Positions 26,172 through 40,455 of a stretch of DNA of 64,000 nt are shown here, one piece after another; positions within the stretch are counted from its first letter, which is position 1, and every line of letters begins with the position of its first letter. The translations under genes were made by a program, and so were the position numbers. The stretch covers positions 682,001-746,000 of the forward strand of contig NW_027270889.1 of NCBI RefSeq assembly GCF_040938485.1. The letters run 5' to 3'. The DNA is from Diadema antillarum (lineage: Eukaryota). Below the pieces are notes generated by a model. It worked only from the letters and a program-made list of their open reading frames with translations, was not told the DNA's origin and searched no databases.

Positions 26172-28614
26172 TCATCGCAGTGTGATGGTGAAAAGAAATG
26201 AGTTGGACGACATCATTGTCATCGTCCAGGGGAGGTGGAAGGGCCCTGCAATTTGAGAAATGACTCTGTATCAAGAAGGAATGGGTTCATCATTACAAAT
26301 AATATTAATGAACATGGCATATTAAACAGATATACTCGCACTGAGACGCTCTAGCTGAATTCATGCATTCCGAGGTTACAAAAAAAAAATCCTAAGGAAT
26401 TCAGCTCCGAAGAACACAGTGCTATTTCAGCCACCGATGATTCCATCATCCCATCATTCCACTCGTGGCTCGAAAGAGTACCTCATATATTTGTTTTGTA
26501 TTCCTCCATTTACATTTTTTATCTATAATAGAAAAAAGCATAAGAAACGTTTTCTATAAGGCACGTTTTCTCTCACTTAAGATATCTCTGTAATCCTGTT
26601 CTATATCTACACTGAATTAGTGCACCTTGATAGATACGATTTTTAACGCACAATCTGTGGTCCACAAGGCCGATGAAAATAAAGTACACGTCATCGATGA
26701 AAATATATATATATATATTTGATCACATATGATGTTCATGGCATCATTCGTGGTAATGATGGCAATGACACTGTATAGTGTATCTACTATACGTTACCGT
26801 ATAGCGCACTTTTTGAATATCATTAACATTATAGCCATGATATGCTTGGGCACATGACGCAATGTAGACAAATTGATAAACTGGATTTAATTAATGAGGC
26901 CGTTGATAAGAAATATCCTATTAGGACTTCGAGGTTTTGTTATCTTCCCGACTGTCAAACAGAAAAAAAATCAAATGGCAAAAATTTATTGTGCAATAAT
27001 AATCTATTTTCTTGTGACAATAAACCGAATATCATTAATAACAATGTGAGTTAATAGTGAAAGGTGTTGCAAGAAAGAAAGGTATTGCAATTTTTTAACA
27101 CGATACGGCATTAAAATATCATAAAGTCACTTCTGTCTATAGCTTAAAGGGATTGTACAGTTTTGGTTGAGACCTAATTTCAGGTTTCTAACATTTTTTG
27201 GTGAAATAATGAGAAACCTCTTATGAGATATGAAAGAGCATGTAATTCTATGCAGAATTAAATAAAGTGTGGGACCCACACATTTATTACGATCGCTTTG
27301 TTTTACTTTGTTTTTGGATGTTTCAGTAATTCCAAACCAGATTTTTATCAAAGAAACTTTGAATTCCTCGTAAAAAGGTATGCTCTGTACTATATCATAA
27401 GTGGTTTCTTGGTATCTCGCAAAAAGTTAAAAGCCCATTTCTCATCTCCACCAATACTGTACCATCCCTTTAATCCTCGTCAAGGCCGTCTTTTTAGACA
27501 GTGTTAGAGGCTGTTGTTTCCTTGTTCATCGAGAAACTAAAATTAATCGATGCACAGCAAGAATGCTACTTAGTATAGGTTTCATCGCATATTTTCTAAC
27601 TTTCATTGATGGACCACCATGTTCTGTATGTTTGCCATAATCTATAGTGCATCTGAGCTGGATATCATGTATCATTTCATTTTGCTATTTTTATACATAT
27701 ATATTTTTCATTGAGAAATATGAAATGAAATTGAAATGAAATGAGATGAACTATACAATCCACCATACATTTATCTCAAGATTTTAGTGACGTGATGAAT
27801 TTCTTTCGACAAATTCTAAAAATTCATCAACCTTCTGTAAAGGTTGGTTTGTACTGAAAAGAAATGATTTCTGGTGGTATTTGCCTGAATATCTCTTCCA
27901 CTTCAAATTTTTCCTTGTTTTGATCTAACACCAGTAAATGGCCAAAGCTCTCACATCTTCCTGTATACCCAGTCATCCCTGGTCCTCTTCTCGCTCTTCT
28001 ATTCCTGTTGTATACTGCCTCATCAATCATTCCTTTCTTCGGTGCTCATTGTTACGTAACAGTGGGGATACCTGTGCCTTTCTACCAATCACTGGCCGAC
28101 AGTCGTCTACTGAAGACACTCCCTCCGCCTTTGAGAGCAAGGTGTCATCACTTATTCGCTTCACTGCCGATCGCAGCCGTGAAAGTGTTGTAGAGAATGC
28201 CTTGTTATATTTTCGAAGGGGTATAGAGGTGGAACAACACAACGTAACCCAGCTGAAAACTCGCCCGGTCACGTCAGGCCCTCGTCAGTGGCTGTATCGA
28301 TCGCAGGTGAGCATTACGACCTGCCTCCCTGAGTTGACGCCGAATGATTGGGCCAAAATCGTCTCGTTGTCCCTACCTCACACTTATTTTTAAGGATGGA
28401 CCAGAAGCAAAGAGTTATGGGAGAACGTCTATGAACTAAGAAATTGTAATTGTTTACATCCTTGAACAGGAACAAGAAGAAGTAGAAAAAAAATCCAGTA
28501 TTTATGAAAGTCGTCGCTGAGAAAACTTCAGATCGCATGTGGAGTTCAGTCATAAAACTTTCTCGACTCTAAATCATCTTGTGGAATTTGGTTTAATAAA
28601 TTGTAAATGTTATC

Positions 28615-29661
28615 ATGGATCTCCGAACCACACTGACTGAAAATATGTCGGTGTCTTTCGACCACCGGGACATTTCCAAGGATATGCAGTTTCACCGTGC
28701 TTCGGATTTGTCGAGTCTTTATCAACGCGACCACTTTCATCGGGCAGTCTCGCGCTACGTTGAGCGAGATGACGATAACCTCGACGACGACGATTGTCAT
28801 GATTTTGGTGAGTGCAGTCCTGCTTCCTTGCAGACCTCCGATGCTGCCGGCAGTTGCGACGACACCCATGATGACTGCGACGACGAGGGGACAGCGAAGT
28901 GCTGTAGCGACAGCGGCAGCTCTATCAAACGCCGTTTCGCCGATGTCAAACCTCCGTACTCGTACATTGCTCTGATCACGATGGCAATCGAGAGCTCAAA
29001 GGACGGAATGCTCACACTGAATGAGGTCTATCAGTTTATCATGGACAAATTCCCTTACTTCAGAGAAAACCAGCAGCGGTGGCAAAATTCTATCCGCCAC
29101 AACCTTTCTCTCAACGACTGCTTTATCAAGATTCCCCGGGCCCCGGGCCGGCCAGGGAAGGGAAATTACTGGGCGCTCCATCCGTCTTGTGGCGATATGT
29201 TCAGTAACGGGAGTTTCCTAAGAAGAGCAAAGCGCTTCAAGCTGCACAGGAGTCGTAACGAACCGGCCCAGATCCGCCACGTGAATTCCCTGGGACACTT
29301 CAATCTGTACGGATCGTACGGACCTTCCTCGTACCCCTCACTGAACTCCTATAGCTGCGCGTCTCACCCCTACGCTCCACCCTCCTCCCAGCTGTCTCGA
29401 CGCCCATCGACCATCGATGTGCCAGACACGCCCTGGTCTCCTTCGTCGTCAGCGAACCTGATGTCGCAGTCGCTGTCGGCGTTGTATCACTCATCCCTGG
29501 CTTCGCTATCCTACCTGCCCTCGAGGGGGCTTCCGTCACCTCTTTCGGCGGTGCATCACCCGGCCGGCTTAGCCGCCTATTCGTCGCTATACGACCCGCT
29601 TCATTGCACTTCTCAACATGCAACTCGCTTCCATCCTTTCAACAGACAGATAACAATTTAG
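28615..29661 (+). CDS. foxAB: Forkhead transcription factor, FoxAB type, single exon, 348 aa
   Basis: Forkhead domain [17 protein letters not shown]...[54 protein letters not shown] mixes FoxA-like ([20 protein letters not shown]) and FoxB-like ([17 protein letters not shown]) residues. It lacks the FoxB N-terminus MPRPG. Good Kozak context (atcATGG). Confidence 0.8.
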   Translation: MDLRTTLTENMSVSFDHRDISKDMQFHRASDLSSLYQRDHFHRAVSRYVERDDDNLDDDDCHDFGECSPASLQTSDAAGSCDDTHDDCDDEGTAKCCSDSGSSIKRRFADVKPPYSYIALITMAIESSKDGMLTLNEVYQFIMDKFPYFRENQQRWQNSIRHNLSLNDCFIKIPRAPGRPGKGNYWALHPSCGDMFSNGSFLRRAKRFKLHRSRNEPAQIRHVNSLGHFNLYGSYGPSSYPSLNSYSCASHPYAPPSSQLSRRPSTIDVPDTPWSPSSSANLMSQSLSALYHSSLASLSYLPSRGLPSPLSAVHHPAGLAAYSSLYDPLHCTSQHATRFHPFNRQITI

Positions 29662-30225
29662 CGCCGCACTTCATGTCACTTGACTACATACTGTGACATG
29701 TTTCAAAATTTGCGGACCATTCAAAACTTTCGGAGCTGATATGAAAACACAAACTGGATCATTTTGCAGAATGTTTACATTTCTTTTGGGATAAAAAGAA
29801 ATGGCCACGTCGATCGTGATTTTTTTTCTTTTACAAGTGAAAAATATGTCATAAATTTCTTGTTAAAGGCATACTTGCAAATTAACCAACGTTTAAAAGT
29901 AGTCCAGTTTTCTATATCAATGTGTAACTGAAGATCACAGCAAATTGATCGTCGCCTGTCGAGAGCAACACCCATTAGGAATTCAAACTTCATTACTGTG
30001 TTTTGCTTCACCCTGAAAGGAAATGTGTATATCATGACCAAAGAAGATGTAAACTTGTATAAATGAGATGTCTTTAGAATTAACACTTAGAGATTTTGAC
30101 TGTATAATTTGATTCTCATGTGTAACTTATTAGGGTCATGCACTTAATGTCATGCTACGAAGAATCCAATATATATAATTTCGCTAGTGCCAAATTTACT
30201 ATGAGAATGGTCTGTTATTATAAAG

Positions 30226-30674
30226 CAGGGCTCGACACTAACGGTGGCCCGGTGGCCCGGGGCCACCAAAAATGAAAGTCGGGCCACCAAATTTCAAAAA
30301 AGGGCAAATTTGGTGGCCCGCCTCGGGCCACCACAATTTTTTGAAAAATATGTCAATAAATTCGTAACTTTTTGCGCCGGAAATTAACAGTTAAATTTGT
30401 TTAAAGGATGGATGAAAAGGACTGAATGAGTGCCTGAGAGTGAGTGTTGCAAGTTTGTTGAAGTTTATGAGTAGATAATTATGTCCAACTTCTAATTCTT
30501 ACTATCATAAAACTTAGATATTTGACTCATTAAAAAAAAAGGACTTTTAATGTTTCTTATTGTCTTTTTTTTTTCGGGACACCAAATTTTTCTCTCGGGC
30601 CACCAAAAATTGGAAATTTAGGATTTTGGTGGCCCCATCGGGCCACCAAACAAAAAAGTTAGTGTCGAGCCATG
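30226..30674. mobile_element. MITE (hAT- or P-like) with GGGCCACCA subterminal repeats
   Basis: TIRs CAGGGCTCGACACTAAC and GTTAGTGTCGAGCCATG (16/17); exact 7-bp flanking direct repeat TATAAAG; multiple GGGCCACCA/TGGTGGCCC motifs. Confidence 0.85.
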
Positions 30675-32125
30675 TATAAAGGATAAAACTTTCGAGTACT
30701 GTAGATATCTTTGAAGTCCATTCAATTAAGTTGCATTTCTGCATTCTGTTTTCGATATAAACAAATAGTATAAGCAAATTCAACAACGTGTCGCCATAGT
30801 TATATAAATTACTTAGTACACGCATTAATATTCATCGCCTGTTTCAATCTGAGGGAAGTGTGTAAAGTAAAGACTCAATGCAATGTTGGATTGAAAGTTT
30901 TCCTTGGTTCGTTCCTCGTAGATATGACTTATGCTGTGATCAAAGGAAATCTATTTGTAAAGAACATCTTAGCTTTTAGCCAATTTCACCCTCGTTTTAT
31001 GTTTTTTCCCTTTTTGACAAGAATGTTTAATTTGTAGTTTGGAAACTATGAAATACGAAAATAGCGTAAATGCATGTACCTGTTTGCACCCTCCCCCTTT
31101 CTCTCTCTCTCTTTCTCCCTCTCTCTCTCTCCTTCTTATTATTTTTACCCTATATCAAAACCCTGGATATTTTAAATGCCATTTTATGAGCATTACAGAC
31201 AAACGCACTTTTGCTTTGGTAATGAGTATACTGTGCTCTTCAAATGTGTGTTTGACAGGTAATGTTATCATATCGTTATGGGTTACATGTAATTAATTGA
31301 CTTTTCTCAGAAATCATCCCATATACAAATAGACCTCAGGAAGAAAAAAATAAACCGGAATGTTAAAAGATAGGGTCCGATCACTTCAAAAAGGTAACAG
31401 TAATCCGGATTGTCAGGTGTTTCTACAGGGAAAGATTCCAATTGGTAATTTGTAACCATGTATCATTTGTGTAGTAAAAATGTTTGAATGTCAAATTCCT
31501 AATCGCATCTTTAGTCTTACCACGTCCCTTACACTAAAATTGGCGAGTGGCAAGACCAGGCCTATATGTTTGTTATGCAATATTTCATACCAATAAATGG
31601 TATGAGCACACGTATACACGTCCCTTATCATAAACTGTCCTTTAAGAATTATTGTGAAGAAAACAAGATATTAAAGTTGAAACTACTTCTCCTTAAACGG
31701 CCGATGCTATTGTTGTTTGTCATTATGAAGTATGTTAAAATGCTCTCAACATTTTTTTGATACTTCAATAATATCTTATTTGATTTTATTCATATTTCCT
31801 GTGCAACAATAGACGATNNNNNNNNNNNNNNNNNNNNNNNNNNNNNNNNNNNNNNNNNNNNNNNNNNNNNNNNNNNNNNNNNNNNNNNNNNNNNNNNNNN
31901 NNNNNNNNNNNNNNNNNNNNNNNNNNNNNNNNNNNNNNNNNNNNNNNNNNNNNNNNNNNNNNNNNNNNNNNNNNNNNNNNNNGGAGAGATTGCGATGCAT
32001 TTTTAGTGTCCAGCAAGTTTTAATGGTTCCTACAAATTTTCAAGCGTCACGCGTCTTTAATTTTTTAGGTTTCAGACAATGATTATGTATATATATGTAA
32101 GCATGTATATCTCTCTCTCTCCATG

Positions 32126-32127
<2 letters not shown>

Positions 32128-32169
<42 letters not shown>

Positions 32170-32218
32170 TATAATCATATACATATATGAATTATATACA
32201 TAAATATAGATATATATA

Positions 32219-32265
<47 letters not shown>
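32128..32265. repeat. Compound (TA)n/(TG)n microsatellite
   Basis: Visible dinucleotide runs. Other simple repeats lie at about 710-755 (TTG), 20406-20445 (AATTC), 22520-22546 (TA), 24690-24735 (CA), 32610-32680 (CA), 33005-33055 (TG), 37700-37820 (ATT) and 57495-57535 (CAA). Confidence 0.9.
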
Positions 32266-32638
32266 TTCCAAATGTTAAAAAAATTATCTTTTTCAGAGAA
32301 TATCTTGGACTTTTATTTTGTTATAAGTGAACTTATTTTGTTTGCCATTTTCATAAGTGTTCTATATAACATATTCATGTTACGTGTGTGAGTGTGTTTT
32401 TGTGTGTGTGCGAGCGTGCGTGTGTGTGTTATCTCCCTGACAGATATGCGTTTTTCTACGTACTTTGTCCCCGTCGGCAAGCTCTTTTAGAGCATGATAA
32501 AAGACTTGATCGAATCAAACCCTAAATGAACACACAAATGAATGAAGGTCTCATTTCAGACACATATAGTCTATAAATACCCATACACCCACAAATACAC
32601 ACCTACACCCACTTCCACACACACACGCACACACACTC

Positions 32639-32677
<39 letters not shown>

Positions 32678-33009
32678 TGCACACTGCAAACTACATCAAT
32701 TACGTGGGGGAAACGGACGCGTTGCAGTTGATAATTGCATCTTTGTGCGTGTGTCACATTAATGCGTCTTTGGTTAATGATTTTATTGATCGGTCGGTTT
32801 AGTGGGAGGTGCATCCCAAGCTGGCTTTAAATGCATTCAATAAAACTGAATTCTCTGTGTAATTCGAAAGAAATCGAAGAACTTTGTGTCCGACTTCGCT
32901 GTATACTTTTGTTTGATAATAAAGGTGTGTGTGTGGGAGAGGAGAGGGGGTGGCCAGGATGGAAAGAATTTAGTGAGATAACGTATAAGCCTATCATAGA
33001 AGCAGTGTG

Positions 33010-33043
<34 letters not shown>

Positions 33044-33452
33044 ATTGTGTGTGTGTATTTCCCTACATCAAACCAGTTCTAAGATTTTAAAAAAGGTATG
33101 CGTTTTGAAAAGAAACTTCTTTCTGACATTAAAAAAAAAACTGAGGCTGACGCTGAGTTGAGGCTTATCCGACATTCGGAATAACTGATGCATGCATTTA
33201 GCAGGTACATGGAAATTACCTAGCTCATTAATAGGTCCGTATGTGGACAAATATCTAAAAATTGTAATACATTTGAAAAAACAGAACTTTTTTTCAATTT
33301 TTACCTCAATGCTCATCACCAACGTCGTGTTTATCGTCGTGTGCAACTGGCCAGGAGTTCTGAAGGGCCGGACAAGGGGTCAATCCCACCGGGAGTGTGG
33401 CGCTGGTCACATTGCCACAGGGGGTATGTCTGCTGGACTTACTTCTTCCTTT

Positions 33453-33771
33453 AAGGCCCGAATTCACGAAGGTGGTACAAATGAAACCATGGTTTAAACC
33501 ATGGAAAAAAACCGTGGAGCGCCAAGTGTCGCACGGAATATTTCGTTACGTAATTGGTCATTTCGTTGACAAAATGACCGTTTCGTTAACGAAATTATCA
33601 TTTCGTGGACGAAATGTTCATTTAGTTATAAAATGTTGTCATTTCGTTACAGAATAATCATTTCATCGACGAAATGACTGATTTCGTAAGGAAATATTCT
33701 TGGCGCTCCATGGTTTTTGTCCATGGTTTAAACCATGGTTCATTTGTACCACCTTCGTGAATTCGGGCCTT
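33453..33771. mobile_element. MITE with ~50-bp TIRs (PIF/Harbinger-like ends)
   Basis: AAGGCCCGAATTCACGAAGGTGGTACAAATGAAACCATGGTTTAAACCATGG and its near-exact reverse complement; no clean 3-bp TSD found. Confidence 0.8.
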
Positions 33772-33875
33772 GGAGTCTTCGGCATAGAGCCGTGGCGTAC
33801 ATGTAGATGTTTAAATGCAACCCGAAGCCATTTACCTGCGTTCCTGTAACGCAAACAAACAATTTACTCTCTGTG

Positions 33876-34099
33876 CACTGTGAAAAGTAAAATGGTAAAT
33901 CAACATTTTAAATGTTGTCACTCCTTCAACCTTTTGTGAAATGTTACATTTAACGTTAAAAACTTTTCATTTACCATTTCATATTGTATATTTTAAAAAA
34001 TGAACTGGTAGATCCAGCATTTTGAATTTAAACTTTGATGAAAGGTTTGAGGAGTGACAATGTTTAAAATGCAGATTTACTATTTTATCTTTTGCAGTG
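33876..34099. mobile_element. Degenerate MITE with CACTG termini (EnSpm/CACTA-like)
   Basis: About 58-bp imperfect TIRs: CACTGTGAAAAGTAAAATGGTAAATC...GTCACTCCTTCAACCTTT and the reverse complement ending CAGTG; TSD not evident. Confidence 0.6.
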
Positions 34100-37000
34100 G
34101 TATATTTGTAATTCTAATTTTTAATCCATTAAGCGGGAGTTGTGTGTTATGGAAGACTTTTTAAAGCGAGCCTTTAAAGAGTCTCGTAATTGCTGAGACG
34201 AGAGTTAATATTTTGACGGTAGTCTTGATATTTTCACTCCACGGTTTGCTTGTTTTCGTGGATGAGCAAAAGTATGGAAGTAGGTCCTGAGTGTGTCCTT
34301 AGAATTCACATTTTGCAAAAATTCTTACAAAGCTTCTTTTAATCTATTCTACCTCTTAAGCTGTTTCAAATTGTGCTACTTTTACATCAATGTTGAACAT
34401 TGCTGGTTTGTACTTTGATCAGTACAACATTTAATTCACATTTGTACATCTTGTGTTACACAATACCCGTGAGTTCATGTTTTGTTCGTTATGTATTTTA
34501 TTCTTCCATTTTTTTATAATCAAATTAAACTCGGAATACATGCAATAAGAAAGACGAACACAAAGAGAAAGAGAGAAAAGGTTAACCAACGATGCAACCA
34601 GGGAAATGTGGTTGGTAATAAATACATTTCGCTATTTTTCCTCCTGTCGATGCTTTTCATGATAACATTAGCACCATTTTGAAAGCAAATGAAATGAAAA
34701 TCTTCTAACGCTTCAAGGACAAAAAGAATCTACAGCAATTTTAAAAACAGGCGTATAACAACCACATTATCTGATCTACCTTGTGTTCAGACGTTTGCGT
34801 ACATCCCTAAGTGCAAGTAGAGCAAAATACAAAAGATAATCATCGATGGTACACTACGGGGATGATGGAAGCCTATGCTTCCATCCAGTACTGTTGTGTC
34901 TTTCTTTGGCAAATGTTTTGGTGTAAAGGCAGTAAGTCAGCAAATATCCACGGTTATTTGCCATAGACTTATCCCGCGAACAGTTAGGTCTGTATCGAAA
35001 ATACACACTGCACCGTTCTATCTATATCCTTACCACAAGAAATGAAAAAGGAAGAAAAAGGCTTTCAGAAGAATTTTTGAGATGAGAATTCTGGAACGGT
35101 ATAAATGAGCCACACAAAAAATAGACTCATTTACCCGTACTAGATTAAAGGCTGTCTAAACATACATTCAATAAAGATTTAGAAAAGGGAATATTCAAAC
35201 AACCATAAACACAAAAGAGGGAACAGTAGGTAATAGAAATCTCAAAAACAAACAAGAAAATCAGGGAAATAAATAGGTAAAATTTACAACCATGTGCTTA
35301 CAGTTTTATGTTATTAGACAAAGTTGTTTTACATACTTCATTGGGATCTTTTTTTTTCACAGACATCTGATATTTTAGAGAAGGCAGCACAAAAGCAGGA
35401 GGGTATTATTAAGAAGTAAACAGACATTAAAAAGATCTTACAACTAATAAAACTGATTTTCTCTGTTAAAAGCTGACAAAAGTGGGGATAGTTTGTATGT
35501 AGAACGGAGTACTGCTGAGGAGAGAGTCGGGAAGCTATCTGTTTCCCTCCTTAATTCTTAGATGATTCCCATGTTACGGTCAGTTTTAAAATTTCAATTT
35601 TGAGTTCAAAACAATGACAACCTTTTTGCCCTCCGTCGCTAAATTCAAAATGATTTATGAAGAAGATTTGAAATAATGCATGTGCGATGTTTGAACAACA
35701 TTCCACAAATTGACAACATTACCAGATTCGGCTACTATACACCATCTCTTTGCATTACAGTTATGTGCTGTGACGTTAATGACGTATTCTTTTCTCTGCA
35801 TTTCTAGGGTCTCCACCCAAGGGTTTGCTGATGGCTTTCCCGTGCAATATTTGTTGCTTTACACCCACAGCGGTATTCAAACTTGCATAAACCTACTGCA
35901 TTTGTTGTGCTTCTGTTTTTCAAGTGAACACCTGCGTGTAAAGATTGCAATTATTGCAAGTAAAATAATGATCTCGCTGTTAGGTTTTCGAAGCAAACCA
36001 AAGCAGCTAGGTTGATTTGGTCTGGAGTCCATCGACTTTGAATAAATAGAATACGAAAACACGAACAGTGATGTTGTTTTGTTCGTAAATTTCACAAGGG
36101 ATAACGATGAAAGATTATTAACTTAGTACTGCTGATCAATATACAGAGAATGTTTGACATTAAGTTCCATTAGTGTTCATAATAAAAAAGCACTCCACCT
36201 GCAAATGCAAATCTTAAAGTGAGTGGTGGTATATACTGAGGACATCAATTACACGGACACTTGCACACAACACACAAGCAGACATATATGATTATATAAT
36301 ACATTACGTATTGATTTCTTCAGATCAATTTAAAAGGAATTTGAAATTGGAGACAATTCGGAAAGAAAGTAAAAAAAGTCCTAAATTCATAAAGTCATGA
36401 TCCTACTTTTTTTTTTGCTTTACCTGCTCCTCCTAACGTAACTTGTATTTCAAGTTTAAGTTGAGACTTAAAGTCCAGTGCGATCTAGCAATAAATAAAC
36501 CAGCATAATATGCAATTGATACGTCCTTTCGATTATGACATTAGATGGTTTAATCAAAATCAAATGATCCCAAAGGTATGTATACGAGGAAATTATTTGT
36601 ATAAGGGACAGAAGTATTTTGAATGAAAATTAGATAGGAACAATACCTTATCAACTTGATTTCCTCAGGTCCAATGTAAAAACAACAGTAAACATCTTAA
36701 AAATGAATAGGAAGTCATTTGCTGTGAGCTTATATCAAAGGCGATTAAACTGATAAAGACAAAGAATAACTTCGTATTGATTTGATGGGAACAATGTACC
36801 TTTATCAACTGTCCAAAATTTGGACATTTGTCGACAAAAATAAGAATCGACAAAAATACCAAAAAAAAACCTTGCGCTTAATGAAAATAACAACAACAAA
36901 GGAATATAACAGGGGAATACTAAGTTACTGACAAACATCATTTACTCGTCTGTATACGGGTATTGCCAGAGGAAGCCGCGCTGTCGAATTAACAAAAGAC

Positions 37001-38097
37001 TTGAGCTCATGGTACACATCTTGAAAGGGTCCAACTTCCTATTTAATACTAGGTCAGTCGCTCTATTCTATCAAAACATTTTAGGTTAAAAAAGAAAAAG
37101 AAAAATAGGGATCTTAAGCTAACACCCCACAAAAGAACCCACCTTTGGGCCGCTAGACACCGCCTGTTTGTTTTCGTCCTGGACAACCCGCAGTATGTTT
37201 GCTCTAATTGCACCTCCGACACTTGCCTCATTTACTTATTGTTACAACTGCTGTTTATGTCGGGAAGTGTACAATCAACGCATACGGCACCTTGAAAAAA
37301 AAAAGGAGAAACGAAAAGGTTTCGGTGGGAAAAGGTGGACACAAAAAAAAAACATTCTAGTTCTCATTGGCTGCTTCACTTAATTTACCTAAAAGGATAG
37401 CGCTAAGCTTTGACAAGAATGTCAATAAAGATTCGGTGTATCCAATCGTTCAGATCTAGCTGTTTGTTTTGTAGGCATCTGAGGTCTGAGAATCGATCTG
37501 CTTTCGATTCCAGTTTGGCTTAAGACCAGTTCACATCGCTTTTATCTTTCCCTGTGATGTTATTCGGAGTTGTGTCCTTTTTTTTCACCCATTAAGTTTT
37601 TTTTTATTTGCAGATGCTTAACAGTAAATACTTCACACAGTGTATACCGCTGATCATTACAGAGAGTCATATCGCATACTGTTACTTTCTAAAAATATTA
37701 ATCATGACAACATTACTGTTATTATTATTGTTATTGATATCATTAATACCTTTATTATTATTACTATTATTATCACTGTTATTGTAATTTTTTTCTTTAT
37801 TATTATTATCATCGTTATCATTATGATCTTGATCCAGCGACGGAGGAAGATGAACAATAAAACAGACCGAAAAGAAAGTTGCGACGACCTCTCAAAGTCA
37901 AAGTAAAGTGGCAGGTCCACGTTTTTCTGACAATGCTTGATGAAACTTGCAATCATTCTAGTTTTCGAAAGTGATGTTGCTTTATAGCAATTTATCTCAA
38001 ACCTTTAATAATTCTTGCAATAGTAAACATTTGTTAGCTTTTTTTTATTTTTTCAAGTTACAGGTCTGTTATCAATCTTGTTGAAGAAAACCATATC

Positions 38098-38718
38098 TTT
38101 TTTTTTTTTTTAGAATTTTTTTTTTGTTTCAAACAATATTTTATTTCGATTTCATCATCAATCATTGATTACAATTCAATATTTAATTGTGTTGCTTGCA
38201 GCGTGACATTTCAAACGTATATCAAAATATTACAAAATAATTCTTAGGACTGTCATTGTGTAAATTTCCGATTGTTCTACTACTAGTATACAATACACAG
38301 TAACTGCTTCACAAATATAATCATCTCCGCAATAATTATAAAATCAATTGTTAATGCCTAATGGGTCAGCAAAACCAAAATGTATGTACAATACACATTA
38401 CAAAATATACCCATTGACTGCGTCCGTATACTCGTCACAGCAGTGATTATGAGATAATGAAATCAATATTGTTAAGGGGTCAAACACAAGGTCTGCATAC
38501 CTATGCATCAGGTGTCAACAAAAAGCCTACATACCTATGTACACACAATCCAATATACAAACATTTTACAAATCTTCATGATCAATGTCTGTACATAATT
38601 CATACCTATAAACATTACCCCTTCATCGCTCACCCGTATAACCTCAACAACACTTCCCCCTCTAAATAGGCATACTCCAGGTATACCTCACTCCAGCACA
38701 GATACACACACATATTTG

Positions 38719-38749
<31 letters not shown>

Positions 38750-40455
38750 GCCCACAAACATCGAACCTGTTCACCAAACACTCAACAACAAAAAGCACAA
38801 AAAAGGTATCAAATAGTAGTGCAGTAAGTATCCCGTGCCATTAAATGATTCCATTTCCTGCTGTGCAGGGCCAGCGTACCTCGTTTCATTGCTAATTTCC
38901 TTTCTTCTTCTCTACTTTCTAACATTCTTTCTCTAATTTCTCTTATCAAAGGGGGCCTGCTCTTTTCCTTCGAAAATACAAATATCATACATTTTATCAA
39001 TAATATCAAATGGTTTATGAGTTGTCCTTTTCCAATATCCTGCGTTTTAATACCAACATGAACAGATTGCCAATCTAACTTTTGCATCTGGGGTAAAACA
39101 AAAACTTCACTACACAATTTCCACATCTGATTGACTTTCCTACAATGAAAAAACAAATGTTCATAAGTCTCAACCTCAGAATAACAAAATGTACATTGAT
39201 TATCTCCTACAAAACCAAAAGAAAATAACTTGGCTTTTGTATATATTAAACCATACAACATTTTATATTGAAATTCACGCAGTTTACAATCAAGAGTAGA
39301 CTTCCGAGGCCTCAGAAAAATCAATCTAATATCTATTTCCTCAAAATTATATAAACCAACTAAATTATTATATGCTGATGATGTTTCAATTCCATCCCTC
39401 ATCAATGCTTTATAAATACGTTTTGATGTTATATCCTGTATATGATATATTTTATTCTGCAAATATAATTCAATTTTCAGTTGAGTATCCTCCATATTCA
39501 TTTCTCGCTTTAATGTACCTTTCCATGATGACGGTAAAGCTAAAAATATTTCAAACATTTTTCCAATCATTTCTTCACTAAATCCTAATCTTAAAAACTC
39601 CCTTCTCCCTTTAAAGTCCCCATTTACATCTACCAAATGATGAACTTTATATACATTCCTAAGAAATAACTCTTTATCAAATATTGTATATCCATCAATC
39701 AAAATAAATTTATTATTAAAAATTACCTCATTCCTTTTTGAATCCTCTTTCAGAATCAAACTTCTACTTCCCATCCAAACCTGCAACATATCATTATAAA
39801 ATTCTGGTAAAATTAGCCTCAACAACCCTAAAATTGCCTTACTATAAAAAATCAAAATACCTCCCACCGATTTAGTGAAAAACTTAAAACATAACTTCCA
39901 CTTCATACTATGATCCCCAGAAATCAAACGCTTAATCCACATAATTCTTTGTGCTTTAACAAACACTCGAAAATTAATGAACTTTAATCCTCCCCTATCA
40001 TAATCTAAATACAAAATATTCCTTTTTATTTTATCTCTACCCCTCCAAATAAAATCAAATACCACCCTATCTAACTCCTCAAATACCCAATCAGGTGTTA
40101 CCATGGGTGAAGAAATATAAATCAACTTTGGTAAAACAAAAACCTTTACTAATTGAACTTTCCCCATCAGCGTTAAATCTCTCTGTTTCCACCATAATAA
40201 TAATCTCTTTATCTTACTCAAAATCTCCTTATAATTCATAACTTCTTTAACATCAGGGTTCAAAGAAAAATATATTCCTAATATTTTTACCACCTGTTCT
40301 ACTCTACCAAAAGGCAACACACAATCCTCCCTCGGAATACCTAATAACAACACATACGTTTTATCATTATTAACTTTTAAACCCGAAATTTGATAAAATA
40401 CATCAAATAATCTTTTAACTTCCTCAACAGAATATCGATCCTGAAGAAATAACTT
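38098..40455 (-). mobile_element. 5'-truncated L1/Tx1-like non-LTR retrotransposon
   Basis: Open frame extends to about 40452 (LFLQD...SGLKVNNDKT, the end of the RT domain just past a missing YADD) and runs to a CCHC finger CTFC..ETYEHLFFHC. It is followed by a ~700-nt 3' UTR, AATAAA at 38140-38145 and a poly(A) tail at 38098-38125. No TSD found. Confidence 0.9.
38809..40353 (-). pseudogene. ORF2 C-terminal remnant of the LINE (RT thumb to zf-RVT)
   Basis: 514-aa ORF with KILGIYF, WKQRDLTLMGKVQLVKVFVLPKLIY, GGLKF, CKLREFQYKMLY and the CCHC motif. Confidence 0.88.

Noticed and set aside
28615-29661. Assignment as FoxB or FoxA
   Set aside because: Lacks the FoxB MPRPG N-terminus and the FoxA-type HSLSF/GCYLRRQ residues; the hybrid pattern fits FoxAB
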